Shown: positions 1-12,998 of the stretch, piece by piece | Layout: every line of letters begins with the position of its first letter | Numbering within the stretch: position 1 is the stretch's first letter | Assembly: GCA_041629015.1 (NCBI GenBank) | Contig: JBFKOE010000001.1 | Location: forward strand, 1-31,226 | Source of the DNA: Gammaproteobacteria bacterium | GTDB lineage: Bacteria; Pseudomonadota; Gammaproteobacteria; QQUJ01 | Length of the DNA stretch: 31,226 nucleotides | Direction: 5' to 3' | The notes under the pieces: model-generated | The model's input: only the letters and a program-made list of their open reading frames with translations | What the model was told of the DNA's origin: nothing | Databases searched by the model: none | Program-made: the position numbers and the translations under genes

Positions 1-906
<906 letters not shown>

Positions 907-917
907 GCCGTCGCGCG

Positions 918-947
918 TGGACACCCGGCGGCGCGATCCAGTAGAAT
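918..947 (+). promoter_or_regulatory. sigma70-type promoter of carA-carB-greA
   Basis: TGGACA (918-923), 18-nt spacer, TAGAAT (942-947), in the dapB-carA gap. Confidence 0.65.
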
Positions 948-985
948 TTTCCGGATTTTCACGCCGTAACGCAGATACCCCTTCC

Positions 986-1022
986 GAGCGGGATGGGCCT
1001 TGGCGGGCCCCTCCCGTTTTCT
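986..1022 (+). terminator. terminator/attenuator-like hairpin in the carA leader
   Basis: GCGGGA (988-993) pairs with TCCCGT (1012-1017) and GGGCC (995-999) with GGCCC (1006-1010), with one mismatch. It ends in TTTTCT and lies between the promoter and the carA RBS. Confidence 0.5.
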
Positions 1023-1051
1023 GCGTCTGAGCATTCGCGAGGAGACCGCCC

Positions 1052-2203
1052 TTGGATGATCCCGCTCTTCTGGCCCTGGAAGACGGCTCCGTCTTTCACG
1101 GCCGGTCCATCGGCGCGGCGGGTCGGAGCACGGGCGAGGTGGTGTTCAACACCGCCATGACGGGGTATCAGGAGATCCTGACCGATCCCTCTTACTGCCG
1201 CCAGATAGTCACCCTCACCTATCCGCACATTGGCAACACCGGTGTGAACGGCGCCGACGCGGAGTCGGGCCGGGTCTACGCGGCCGGGCTGGTGATCCGT
1301 GACCTCTCGCCGGTGACCAGCAGCTGGCGCGCGCAGCGCCCGCTTGGCGAGTATCTGCGAGCCGAGGGCGTGGTCGGCATCGCGGGGATCGACACCCGCC
1401 GGCTCACCCGGCTGCTGCGCGAGAAGGGCGCTCAGAACGGTTGCCTGGTCGCCGGCCCGGGGGCCGACGCGGAGGGCGCCGTGGCCGCGGCGCGGGAGTT
1501 TGCCGGGCTCAAGGGAATGGATCTCGCCCGCGAGGTGAGCACCCGCGAGAGCTACGAATGGGCGGAGGGCACTTGGGATCTCGACGCCGCCTGTCAGAGC
1601 GAGTACGGCGATCTGCCCCGCTTGCGTGTGGTGGCGTATGACTACGGCGTGAAGCGCAACATCCTGCGCATGCTCGTCGATCGCGGCTGCCGGGTCACCG
1701 TCGTGCCCGCGACCATGCCGGCCCGCGACGTGCTGGCGATGAAGCCCAACGGGGTCTTTCTCTCCAACGGCCCGGGTGACCCGGAGCCCTGCGATTACGC
1801 CATCGCCGCGATTCGCGAGCTCCTGGCCAGCGGTATGCCGATGTTCGGAATCTGCCTGGGCCATCAGCTGCTCTCGCTGGCCAGCGATGCCAGGACCGTG
1901 AAGATGAAGTTTGGCCACCACGGGGCCAACCATCCGGTGCTCGACGTGGCGAGCGGTCGGGTGATGATCAGCAGCCAGAATCACGGCTTTGCGGTCGATG
2001 AGGACAGTCTGCCGCAGAACCTGCGCGCTACCCACCGCTCGCTGTTTGACGGCTCCCTGCAGGGCGTGGAGCGGACCGACTGCGCGGCGTTCGGCTTTCA
2101 GGGGCACCCGGAGGCGAGCCCCGGACCGCACGACGTCGCTCCGCTCTTCGACCGGTTCATCGAGCTCATGAGCGACGGCTCGCGAGCGGCGAGCCGCAGG
2201 TAG
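1052..2203 (+). CDS. carA: carbamoyl-phosphate synthase small (glutaminase) subunit
   Basis: [29 protein letters not shown], catalytic [20 protein letters not shown] start preceded by AGGAG (E. coli carA also starts with TTG). Confidence 0.98.
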   Translation: MDDPALLALEDGSVFHGRSIGAAGRSTGEVVFNTAMTGYQEILTDPSYCRQIVTLTYPHIGNTGVNGADAESGRVYAAGLVIRDLSPVTSSWRAQRPLGEYLRAEGVVGIAGIDTRRLTRLLREKGAQNGCLVAGPGADAEGAVAAAREFAGLKGMDLAREVSTRESYEWAEGTWDLDAACQSEYGDLPRLRVVAYDYGVKRNILRMLVDRGCRVTVVPATMPARDVLAMKPNGVFLSNGPGDPEPCDYAIAAIRELLASGMPMFGICLGHQLLSLASDARTVKMKFGHHGANHPVLDVASGRVMISSQNHGFAVDEDSLPQNLRATHRSLFDGSLQGVERTDCAAFGFQGHPEASPGPHDVAPLFDRFIELMSDGSRAASRR

Positions 2204-2264
2204 CGAGAGCGCGATCACCCGACGATCCGCTGCGGCTCGCCACCAGACATCGGCAACAGGACTC

Positions 2265-5482
<3,218 letters not shown>

Positions 5483-5486
<4 letters not shown>

Positions 5487-5959
5487 ACAGAGTTCCTCTT
5501 ACGGTCAATGGCGCCGAGCGCCTGCGCGGGGAGTTGGCGCGCCTGAAGCGCCAGGACAGGCCCGAGATCATCCAGGCGATCGCGGATGCACGGGCCCATG
5601 GTGATCTGCGCGAAAACGCGGAGTACCACGCCGCCAAGGAGCGACAGGGTTTTATCGAGGCGAGGATCCGCGACCTGGAAGGCGCCTTGTCTCATGCGCA
5701 GCTGATCGACGTGACCACGCTGAACGCCGGCGGCAAGGTGGTGTTCGGCTCGACGGTCGAGTTGATCGACGAACAGAGCGGCGAGGAGATCCGCTATCAG
5801 ATCGTGGGAGACCTCGAGGCCGACATTCGCAACGGTCTGATATCGATCAGTTCACCGATCGCACGCGCGCTGATCGGCAGGGAGGAGGGTGATGTCGCCA
5901 GCGTGGAGGCACCGGGCGGCACCAAGCACTACGAGATCGCCGCGGTAAAGTATCTCTAG
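5483..5959 (+). CDS. greA: transcription elongation factor GreA
   Basis: [15 protein letters not shown] acidic tip, [22 protein letters not shown] overlap with the carB stop. Confidence 0.97.
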
Positions 5960-6282
5960 TCCCGTCTCTGAGGTTGTGCTTTGCGGATCGATGGCAGGAC
6001 GATGCGAGGTCGGTCTGGATTGCGCCGAAAGATCAGCACGGTGTGGCCGATCGCGTGAACCGCTTGGGCGGCAAGCCGCTCGCAGATGAGCTTGGCCATA
6101 TCCGCTCTTTGCTCGCGTTGCGCGGCGTTGATGCGCAGCTTGATCAGTTCATGGTGCAGCAGCGAGGCATCGATTTCTGCCAGCACCGCCTCGGTGACTC
6201 CGGATTGTCCGACGATGACCACCGGCTTGAGATGGTGGCCGAGTTTGCGCAGGTGACGCTTGTGCGGTTCGGGGAGTGGCAT
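5956..6282 (-). CDS. yhbY: ribosome assembly RNA-binding protein YhbY (CRM domain)
   Basis: From the internal ATG: [44 protein letters not shown]...IGHTVLIFR. Usual position between greA and rlmE. The ORF-track extension to 6444 is rejected. Confidence 0.93.
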   Translation of the reverse strand: MPLPEPHKRHLRKLGHHLKPVVIVGQSGVTEAVLAEIDASLLHHELIKLRINAAQREQRADMAKLICERLAAQAVHAIGHTVLIFRRNPDRPRIVLPSIRKAQPQRRD

Positions 6283-6559
6283 GACAGCGGCGCGCCGTAG
6301 GGCTGAGGAAGACGGGAGTGTAGCGCAGGGCCGACCCTGGCACACGGTCGAGGCGAGCCCGTTCAACGGTGTAAAGCTGGCCCTCGCCGGGTGGCTCGCG
6401 GTCGGCCTACTGGTTTTTCTTCTGACCGATAGGCTCCTCGACACCGGCTGGCTGCAGGTGGCGGCGCTGGGCGCCTACGGTATCGCGGCGGCGGCGTGGA
6501 CGGTCTGGCGCACTCGCGCGGTGCTGCGCTCCGAGCGCCATGGGTCGCGAGACGGCTGA
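6281..6559 (+). CDS. hypothetical small membrane protein with two predicted TM helices (start uncertain)
   Basis: Hydrophobic segments LALAGWLAVGLLVFLLT and WLQVAALGAYGIAAAAWTVW followed by basic RTRAVLR. Mostly GC3-rich codons. The stop lies 3 nt before the rlmE ATG. Confidence 0.6.
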   Translation: MTAARRRAEEDGSVAQGRPWHTVEASPFNGVKLALAGWLAVGLLVFLLTDRLLDTGWLQVAALGAYGIAAAAWTVWRTRAVLRSERHGSRDG

Positions 6560-6562
6560 ACC

Positions 6563-7183
6563 ATGACGCGCAGGAAGACATCGCGGCGCTGGCTCAGTGA
6601 GCACCGTGCCGATCAGTATGTGCAGCGGGCGACGCGCGAGGGCGGGCGCTCGCGAGCGATCTTCAAGCTGGAGCAGATCGACGCGCGTGACGGCCTGCTA
6701 AAGCCGGGGATGACCGTGATCGACCTCGGCTCCGCACCGGGCGGCTGGTCGCAGTACGCGGCGCGCCGAGTGGGGCCGACGGGCACGGTGATCGCCCTTG
6801 ATCTCCTGCCCATGGAGCCAATCGCGGGGGTGGTGTTCCTGCAAGGGGATTTTCGCGAGCCGAGTTCGCTCGACAGGCTGACCGCGACACTGTCAGGCCG
6901 GCGGGCCGACCTTGTAATGTCGGACATGGCCCCCAACTTGAGCGGTGTGAAGTCGAGCGACCAGGCTCGGGCGATGGCTTTGCTCGAATCGGCGCTCGAG
7001 TTTGCGCGCGGTTCACTGCAATTCGGTGGGGCTTTTCTGGTGAAGATGTTCCACGGTCGCGGGTCCGAGGAGTATGTCCGTGAATTGCGTCGCAGCTTCG
7101 CTAAGGTATTGATTCGCAAACCCGATGCGTCGCGCGCCCGTAGCGCCGAGGTTTATGTGCTGGCCCGGAACTATCATGTATAG
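6563..7183 (+). CDS. rlmE: 23S rRNA Um2552 2'-O-methyltransferase RlmE (FtsJ/RrmJ)
   Basis: RSRAIFKL, DLGSAPGGWSQ SAM-binding motif, SDMAPNLSG, FLVKMFHG, KPDASRARSAEVYV. Confidence 0.97.
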   Translation: MTRRKTSRRWLSEHRADQYVQRATREGGRSRAIFKLEQIDARDGLLKPGMTVIDLGSAPGGWSQYAARRVGPTGTVIALDLLPMEPIAGVVFLQGDFREPSSLDRLTATLSGRRADLVMSDMAPNLSGVKSSDQARAMALLESALEFARGSLQFGGAFLVKMFHGRGSEEYVRELRRSFAKVLIRKPDASRARSAEVYVLARNYHV

Positions 7184-7184
7184 T
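7179..7184 (+). promoter_or_regulatory. possible -10 element for an ftsH-specific promoter
   Basis: TATAGT overlapping the rlmE stop, about 93 nt before the ftsH TTG. No convincing -35. Confidence 0.3.
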
Positions 7185-7276
7185 ACGGACACTAACTCAG
7201 GTGCTGGCTGCTCGTCCGCCCGGCGCGCATCACTTGTAGAGTTCCGGGCGCGATCCATGCTCGGAGGGACAGGAAC

Positions 7277-9190
7277 TTGAACGACATGGCGAAGAATCTG
7301 ATCCTCTGGGTCATCATTGCCGTGGTGCTGATGTCGGTATTCAACAACTTCGGCAACCGACCCACCGCGGCCAACACGCTTTCCTATTCCGAGTTCCTCT
7401 CCGAGGTGCGGCAGGGCAACGTCGAGCAGGTCGTCATCGAGGACAAGACCATCCATGGGCAGTTGCGCAGCGGAGAGCGGTTCCGCTCCTACAGCCCCGA
7501 TGATGACGCGCTGATCGGCGACCTTCTGAACGCCGGTGTGAAAATCGAAGTCAAGGAGCCGCAGCAGCAGTCGCTGCTGATGCAGATCTTCATATCGTGG
7601 TTCCCCATGCTGCTGCTGATCGGCGTGTGGATATTCTTCATGCGCCAGATGCAGGGCGGTGCCGGCGGCCGCGGCGCGCTGTCGTTCGGCAAGAGCCGGG
7701 CCCGGATGCTCAGCGAGGATCAGGTGAAAATCACCTTTGCCGATGTCGCGGGTGTCGAGGAGGCAAAGGAGGAAGTATCGGAGCTGGTTGATTTCCTGCG
7801 CGATCCCGGGAAGTTCCAAAGCCTCGGCGGCAAGATTCCGCGCGGCATACTGATGGTCGGCTCGCCCGGTACCGGCAAGACCCTGCTGGCTAAGGCAATT
7901 GCCGGTGAGGCCAAGGTGCCATTCTTCACCATCAGCGGTTCCGATTTCGTCGAGATGTTCGTCGGTGTCGGCGCGTCGCGGGTGCGCGACATGTTCGAGC
8001 AGGCCAAGAAGCATGCGCCTTGCATCATCTTCATCGATGAGATCGATGCCGTCGGCCGTCACCGCGGTGCCGGGCTCGGCGGCGGCCACGACGAGCGCGA
8101 GCAGACCCTGAACCAGTTGCTGGTGGAGATGGACGGTTTCGAGGGCAACGAGGGCGTGATCGTCATCGCGGCGACCAACCGCCCCGATGTCCTGGACCCG
8201 GCGCTGCTGCGCCCGGGGCGCTTCGACCGCCAGGTGGTCGTGCCGCTGCCGGACGTGCGCGGGCGCGAGCAGATACTCAAGGTCCACATGCGCAAGGTGC
8301 CCGTGGCCGATGACGTCGAAACCAAGGTGATTGCGCGTGGCACGCCGGGCTTTTCCGGCGCGGATCTCGCCAACATCGTCAACGAGGCGGCCCTGTTCGC
8401 CGCGCGCTCAAACAAGCGCCTCGTGGAGATGGTCGATTTCGAGAAGGCCAAGGACAAGATACTGATGGGCTCCGAGCGTCGCTCGATGGTGATGAGCGAC
8501 AAGGAGAAACGTCTCACCGCGTATCACGAGTCCGGTCATGCGATCGTTGGGCGGTTGGTGCCCGATCACGATCCCGTCCACAAGGTCACTATCATCCCGC
8601 GAGGCCGGGCACTGGGCGTAACCATGTTCCTGCCGGAGGAGGACCGCTACAGCCACAGCAAGCAGCGCCTGGAGAGCCAGGTCTCGAGCCTGTTCGGCGG
8701 CAGGGTGGCGGAAGAGTTGATATTTGGACCGGCCATGGTGACCACGGGGGCGCAGAACGACATTCAGCGCGCCACCGAGATCGCGCGCAACATGGTCACC
8801 AAGTGGGGGCTGTCGGAGCGGCTCGGGCCGCTGACCTACAGCGACGAAGAAGGCGAGGTGTTCCTGGGGCATTCGGTCACGCGGCACAAAGAGGTCTCGG
8901 ACGAGACCGCGCACGCGATTGACGAGGAAGTGCGGGCGATCATCGACCGCAACTACGAGCGCTCTCGCGGCTTGTTGACCGAGAACATGGACAAGCTGCA
9001 TGCGATGGCCGAGGCGCTGATCAAGTTCGAGACCATCGATACCGCGCAGATCGACGACATCATGGCGGGCCGGCCCCCGCGACCGCCGCAGGACATCGGG
9101 CCGCCGCCCGCCAAGGAAGAGGGCGAGGCGACCGCCGCAGACAACGATGAATCCGCGGACTCGATAGGCGGCCCCGCCAGCCAGCATTGA
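7277..9190 (+). CDS. ftsH: ATP-dependent zinc metalloprotease FtsH
   Basis: (M)NDMAKNL start at TTG after GGAGG, two TM segments, Walker A GSPGTGKT, Walker [36 protein letters not shown] zinc motif. Confidence 0.99.
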   Translation: MNDMAKNLILWVIIAVVLMSVFNNFGNRPTAANTLSYSEFLSEVRQGNVEQVVIEDKTIHGQLRSGERFRSYSPDDDALIGDLLNAGVKIEVKEPQQQSLLMQIFISWFPMLLLIGVWIFFMRQMQGGAGGRGALSFGKSRARMLSEDQVKITFADVAGVEEAKEEVSELVDFLRDPGKFQSLGGKIPRGILMVGSPGTGKTLLAKAIAGEAKVPFFTISGSDFVEMFVGVGASRVRDMFEQAKKHAPCIIFIDEIDAVGRHRGAGLGGGHDEREQTLNQLLVEMDGFEGNEGVIVIAATNRPDVLDPALLRPGRFDRQVVVPLPDVRGREQILKVHMRKVPVADDVETKVIARGTPGFSGADLANIVNEAALFAARSNKRLVEMVDFEKAKDKILMGSERRSMVMSDKEKRLTAYHESGHAIVGRLVPDHDPVHKVTIIPRGRALGVTMFLPEEDRYSHSKQRLESQVSSLFGGRVAEELIFGPAMVTTGAQNDIQRATEIARNMVTKWGLSERLGPLTYSDEEGEVFLGHSVTRHKEVSDETAHAIDEEVRAIIDRNYERSRGLLTENMDKLHAMAEALIKFETIDTAQIDDIMAGRPPRPPQDIGPPPAKEEGEATAADNDESADSIGGPASQH

Positions 9191-9193
9191 CGG

Positions 9194-10087
9194 ATGAGTG
9201 TGGCTAGCACGACGGGCGCCGGTTTCACCGGCGCCTTTCGCGTTTTGGATTGCGCCAGTCGGTCACTGGATCTCTCGCAAGCGCGGGTCATGGGGATTCT
9301 CAACGTCACCCCCGACTCGTTCTCGGACGGCGGCCTGCATACCGACATCGAGAGTGCCGTAGCGCATGGGCTCCGAATGGCGGAGCAAGGGGCGGCCGTG
9401 ATTGACGTCGGCGGCCAGTCGACGCGACCGGGCGCCCGGCCGGTTGGCGTCGAGGAGGAACTGCGACGCGTGGTGCCCGTGATCGAGGCGCTCAGCGCGC
9501 GTCTCAGCGTCCCGATCTCGGTCGACAGCAGCCGGCCGGAGGTGATGCGGGCGGCGGTTCGGGCTGGCGCGGGCATGATCAACGACGTCCGGGCTTTGCG
9601 CGAGCGCGGGGCGCTGCGAACGGCCGCTGAACTCCGGGTGCCGGTTTGCCTGATGCACATGCGGGGGCGGCCGCGCGACATGCAGGATCGGCCGCGCTAC
9701 CGCGACGTGGCCGCGGAGGTTCGCGCATTCCTGCAGCGCCGGGTAGAGGCCTGCGAGGCTGCCGGCATCGAGCGCGGACGCGTGCTGCTGGATCCCGGCT
9801 TTGGCTTCGGCAAGACCCTGAGCCACAATCTGCAGCTGCTGCGCGAGTTGCCGGGCCTCGCGGCGCTCGGGATGCCCGTGCTGGTGGGGCTGTCGCGCAA
9901 GTCCATGATCGGAGCCATCCTCGGGCGCGGTGAGGCCCGGGATCGTATGATCGGCAGCGTAACGCTCGGTGCGCTGGCGGTTTGGCAGGGGGCGCGCCTG
10001 CTGCGCGTGCATGACGTCAAGGAAACGGTGGAGGCGGTCAGGATCTGCGCCGCGGTGCGCGAACCGGACCAGGACCAGGGAGCCTAG
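9194..10087 (+). CDS. folP: dihydropteroate synthase (start could be TTG 9245)
   Basis: [43 protein letters not shown]. Confidence 0.97.
   Translation: MSVASTTGAGFTGAFRVLDCASRSLDLSQARVMGILNVTPDSFSDGGLHTDIESAVAHGLRMAEQGAAVIDVGGQSTRPGARPVGVEEELRRVVPVIEALSARLSVPISVDSSRPEVMRAAVRAGAGMINDVRALRERGALRTAAELRVPVCLMHMRGRPRDMQDRPRYRDVAAEVRAFLQRRVEACEAAGIERGRVLLDPGFGFGKTLSHNLQLLRELPGLAALGMPVLVGLSRKSMIGAILGRGEARDRMIGSVTLGALAVWQGARLLRVHDVKETVEAVRICAAVREPDQDQGA
9214..9247 (+). terminator. intrinsic terminator-like hairpin after ftsH
   Basis: Perfect 9-bp stem GGCGCCGGT (9215-9223) / ACCGGCGCC (9227-9235), loop TTC, followed by TTTCGCGTTTT. Confidence 0.6.
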
Positions 10088-10094
10088 GAGGACC

Positions 10095-11453
10095 ATGGCG
10101 GAGCGCAGGTACTTCGGCACCGACGGGATTCGAGGCCGGGTCGGACAGGAACCCATCACGGCGCCTTTCGTGCTGCGGCTGGGCTGGGCGGCGGGGCGGG
10201 TGCTCGGCCGGGGCGGTCACGGCCGGGTGCTGATCGGCAAGGACACTCGAATCTCCGGCTATATGTTCGAGTCGGCGCTGGAGGCCGGTCTTTCCGCCGC
10301 CGGCCTGGATATCGAGCTTCTGGGTCCGATGCCGACCCCCGCGGTCGCGTATCTCACCCGCACACTGCGCGCCAGGGCCGGGATCGTGATCAGCGCCTCG
10401 CATAACCCCTACCAGGATAACGGCATCAAGTTCTTCTCCGGCGACGGGCTGAAGCTGGCCGACGAGGTGGAGGCGGGCATCGAGGCCGAGCTCGAACGTC
10501 CGCTCGAAACCGTGGATTCCGGAAGTCTGGGCAAGGCGAGGCGCATGGGCGATGCGCCCGGCCGCTATATCGAGTTCTGCAAGGGCACGGTGCGCCCCGG
10601 TTTGCGGCTGCAGGGGCTGCACATCGTCCTGGATTGCGCCCATGGGGCCACCTACCACGTCGCGCCGTCGGTGTTCCGCGAGCTCGGCGCGCGCGTGGAC
10701 ACGCTGGGCACGGACCCGGACGGCCTCAACATCAACTACGAGTGTGGCTCGACCCATATCGAGCCCCTGCGCCAGGCCGTTGTCGCCCGCGGCGCGGACC
10801 TGGGAATCGCCTTCGACGGTGACGGAGACCGGGTGATCATGGTCGACGCGGTGGGCCGGGTGGTCGACGGCGATCAACTCCTTTATCTAATTGCCCGTGC
10901 CCGGCGCAGCGCGGGCGCCGGCCACGACACCGTGGTGGGTACCCAGATGACCAACCTGGGGGTGGAGCGGGCGTTGTCCGAGCTGGGCCTGCGGCTGCAG
11001 CGCACGCGCGTCGGCGACCGCTACATTCTCGAGGCCCTGTTGGGCCAGGGCTGGAGCCTTGGCGGGGAGTCGTCCGGTCACATCATCTGCCTCGATCGCA
11101 CCACCACCGGCGATGGCATCATCGCGGCCTTGCAGGTGCTCGAGCACCTCGTCGATGCCGGGGCGAGCCTCGGGGAGGCGGCCGCCCGGGTTGCGCTGCT
11201 GCCGCAGGAGCTGATCAACGTGCCGGTTTCGGCGCCAGCGGGCGCTCTCAGCGATGCGCGCCTGGTCGCCGCGGTGAGCGAGGTCGAGGCCGCGCTGGGT
11301 GCTGCAGGTCGGGTCTTGCTGCGCCCGTCCGGGACCGAGCCCGTGGTCCGGGTGATGGTCGAGGGCGAGGATCAGGCGCTGGTTCGATCATTGGCGCAGC
11401 AACTCGCGGGCCGGGTCCAGGAGCTGCTTGAGCGCCGTCCGGTGGCCGGTTGA
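10095..11453 (+). CDS. glmM: phosphoglucosamine mutase
   Basis: [18 protein letters not shown], phosphoserine motif ISASHNP, FDGDGDR, GGESSGH, RPSGTEP. ATG 10095 follows AGGAGG overlapping the folP stop. Confidence 0.98.
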   Translation: MAERRYFGTDGIRGRVGQEPITAPFVLRLGWAAGRVLGRGGHGRVLIGKDTRISGYMFESALEAGLSAAGLDIELLGPMPTPAVAYLTRTLRARAGIVISASHNPYQDNGIKFFSGDGLKLADEVEAGIEAELERPLETVDSGSLGKARRMGDAPGRYIEFCKGTVRPGLRLQGLHIVLDCAHGATYHVAPSVFRELGARVDTLGTDPDGLNINYECGSTHIEPLRQAVVARGADLGIAFDGDGDRVIMVDAVGRVVDGDQLLYLIARARRSAGAGHDTVVGTQMTNLGVERALSELGLRLQRTRVGDRYILEALLGQGWSLGGESSGHIICLDRTTTGDGIIAALQVLEHLVDAGASLGEAAARVALLPQELINVPVSAPAGALSDARLVAAVSEVEAALGAAGRVLLRPSGTEPVVRVMVEGEDQALVRSLAQQLAGRVQELLERRPVAG

Positions 11454-11459
11454 GCTCGA

Positions 11460-11488
11460 TTGCTTTCGCCTGGACGCGCCGTTAAGCT
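11460..11488 (+). promoter_or_regulatory. sigma70-type promoter of tpiA-secG-tRNA-Leu
   Basis: TTGCTT (11460-11465), 17 nt, TAAGCT (11483-11488), GC-rich discriminator. Confidence 0.5.
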
Positions 11489-11517
11489 AGGCGCCCTTTG
11501 CGCGCGGGGGTAGTGAG

Positions 11518-12270
11518 ATGCGTCGGGCTCTGGTGGCCGGGAACTGGAAGATGAACGGCACTCGGGCCGGTATAGCGGCGCTGCTCGACGGTATCAAGCG
11601 GGGCCTGAGCGCGGACCTCGAGACCGAGATCGCCGTCTGCCCGCCCTTCGTTTACCTGAGCGATGTGCTTGCCGCGCTCGAGTCCAGCACCGTGGCCGTG
11701 GGCGCCCAGAACGTGTCGGAGCACGAGGGCGGCGCCTTCACCGGCGAGATCGCGCCAGCCATGCTGGCCGATCTGGGCTGCCGATTCGCGATCGTCGGAC
11801 ACTCGGAGCGCCGTGCACTCTTCGCCGAGGACGATGCTACGGTCGCGCGTAAGTTCGTCGCGGCCCAGGCGGCGGGCCTGGTGCCGATCCTGTGCGTGGG
11901 AGAGCTTCTCGAGGAGCGCGAGCAGGGCGTGACGGAAGCCGTCGTCGGGCGCCAGCTCGATGCGGTTCTCGAGCTGGCGGGCCCGCAGGCCCTCGATTCG
12001 GCCGTGATCGCCTATGAGCCGGTGTGGGCGATCGGCACGGGCAAGACGGCGACGCCGGCCCAGGCCCAGGAGGTGCACGCCTTCATCCGTGGGCGAATCG
12101 CGGCTCACGATGCTAAAATTGCCGACCGTCTTCGGATCCTCTATGGCGGTAGCGTCAAGGCGGCCAACGCCGGCGAGCTTTTCGCCAGCGCCGACATTGA
12201 CGGCGGCCTGATTGGCGGAGCCTCGCTCGAGGCCGGCGAATTTCTATCGATCTGCGCCGTGGCTCGCTGA
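11518..12270 (+). CDS. tpiA: triosephosphate isomerase
   Basis: AGNWKMNG, GAFTGEI, IVGHSERR, AYEPVWAIGTG, LYGGSVK, LIGGASL. Confidence 0.98.
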   Translation: MRRALVAGNWKMNGTRAGIAALLDGIKRGLSADLETEIAVCPPFVYLSDVLAALESSTVAVGAQNVSEHEGGAFTGEIAPAMLADLGCRFAIVGHSERRALFAEDDATVARKFVAAQAAGLVPILCVGELLEEREQGVTEAVVGRQLDAVLELAGPQALDSAVIAYEPVWAIGTGKTATPAQAQEVHAFIRGRIAAHDAKIADRLRILYGGSVKAANAGELFASADIDGGLIGGASLEAGEFLSICAVAR

Positions 12271-12294
12271 GGCGGCGCAGGGAAAGCTTGAGAT

Positions 12295-12666
12295 ATGATC
12301 GAGTTGCAGACGATATTTCTGGTAGTACATGTGCTGTTGGCGGTCGGGATCATCGGCTTGGTCCTGCTGCAGCACGGCAAGGGCGCGGATGCGGGTGCCG
12401 CATTCGGTAGCGGTGCCTCGGCCACCGTGTTCGGCTCGCGCGGCAGCGCGTCGTTTCTGACGCGAACGACGGCGATGCTCGCGACCCTGTTCTTCGTCAC
12501 CAGCCTGTTGCTGGCCTACCTGTCCGGTGCGCCGCGCGAAGTGGACAGCGGAGTGGAGCGCCTGCTGCCCACCGAGAGTCAGCCGGCCGAGACACCAGGG
12601 ACCGCCCCGGCCGCGGACCTGCCGGCCGTTCCCAGGGGCGATGTGCCCGCGGATCGGCCGCAGTAG
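12295..12666 (+). CDS. secG: preprotein translocase subunit SecG
   Basis: LVLLQHGKGADAGAAFGSGASATVFGSRGS signature between two TM helices; Pro-rich C-terminal tail. Confidence 0.96.
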   Translation: MIELQTIFLVVHVLLAVGIIGLVLLQHGKGADAGAAFGSGASATVFGSRGSASFLTRTTAMLATLFFVTSLLLAYLSGAPREVDSGVERLLPTESQPAETPGTAPAADLPAVPRGDVPADRPQ

Positions 12667-12691
12667 TCGGGGCGGAGCGGACCGACTTATC

Positions 12692-12776
12692 GCCGATGTG
12701 GTGGAATTGGTAGACACGCCGTCTTGAGGGGGCGGTGGCGCAAGCCGTGCCGGTTCAAATCCGGCCATCGGCACCA
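12692..12776 (+). tRNA. tRNA-Leu (anticodon GAG)
   Basis: Acceptor GCCGATG/CATCGGC, D-loop GGAATTGGTAGAC, anticodon loop TT-GAG-GG, long variable arm, GGTTCAAATCC, encoded CCA. The position after secG matches E. coli leuU. Confidence 0.97.
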
Positions 12777-12790
12777 TTGAATTGATGTCA

Positions 12791-12817
12791 CGGCCGCGGG
12801 ACCAGAATCCGCGGCCG
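12791..12817 (+). other. GC-rich hairpin downstream of tRNA-Leu (no U-tract)
   Basis: CGGCCGCGG (12791-12799) / CCGCGGCCG (12809-12817), a perfect 9-bp inverted repeat. Confidence 0.45.
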
Positions 12818-12998
12818 CCCACGCTGAAGGCGGGTTCCCCGCGGGGCCGCCGCCGAAGCCGGGTCCGGCGAAGTCGCGCGGCGCCACTCGCCGTCATCGG
12901 TGCCGGCCGTGCCTGGCGGACCACCCCACGACGCCGCTCCCATCAGGCCGCGTGCGGCGGCAGCCTTGCTCCCGTTAAGGATGCTACTCGTCCAGGCA

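Noticed and set aside
993-1160. Out-of-frame ATG in the carA leader as a leader peptide
   Set aside because: No SD, the ATG is buried in the hairpin, and the frame runs deep into carA with no informative codon run.
6200-6562. sigma32 promoter for rlmE-ftsH as in E. coli
   Set aside because: A CTTGAG is present near 6225, but no CCCCAT-like -10 follows at the correct spacing.
9969-10094. Long N-terminal extensions given by the ORF track for glmM (also nuoD 14592, nuoE 15503, nuoG 17668, nuoI 21220, rimP 27994, yhbY 6444)
   Set aside because: They overlap upstream genes or regulatory DNA. Family-typical N-termini, most with an RBS or stop/start overlap, lie at the downstream starts reported.
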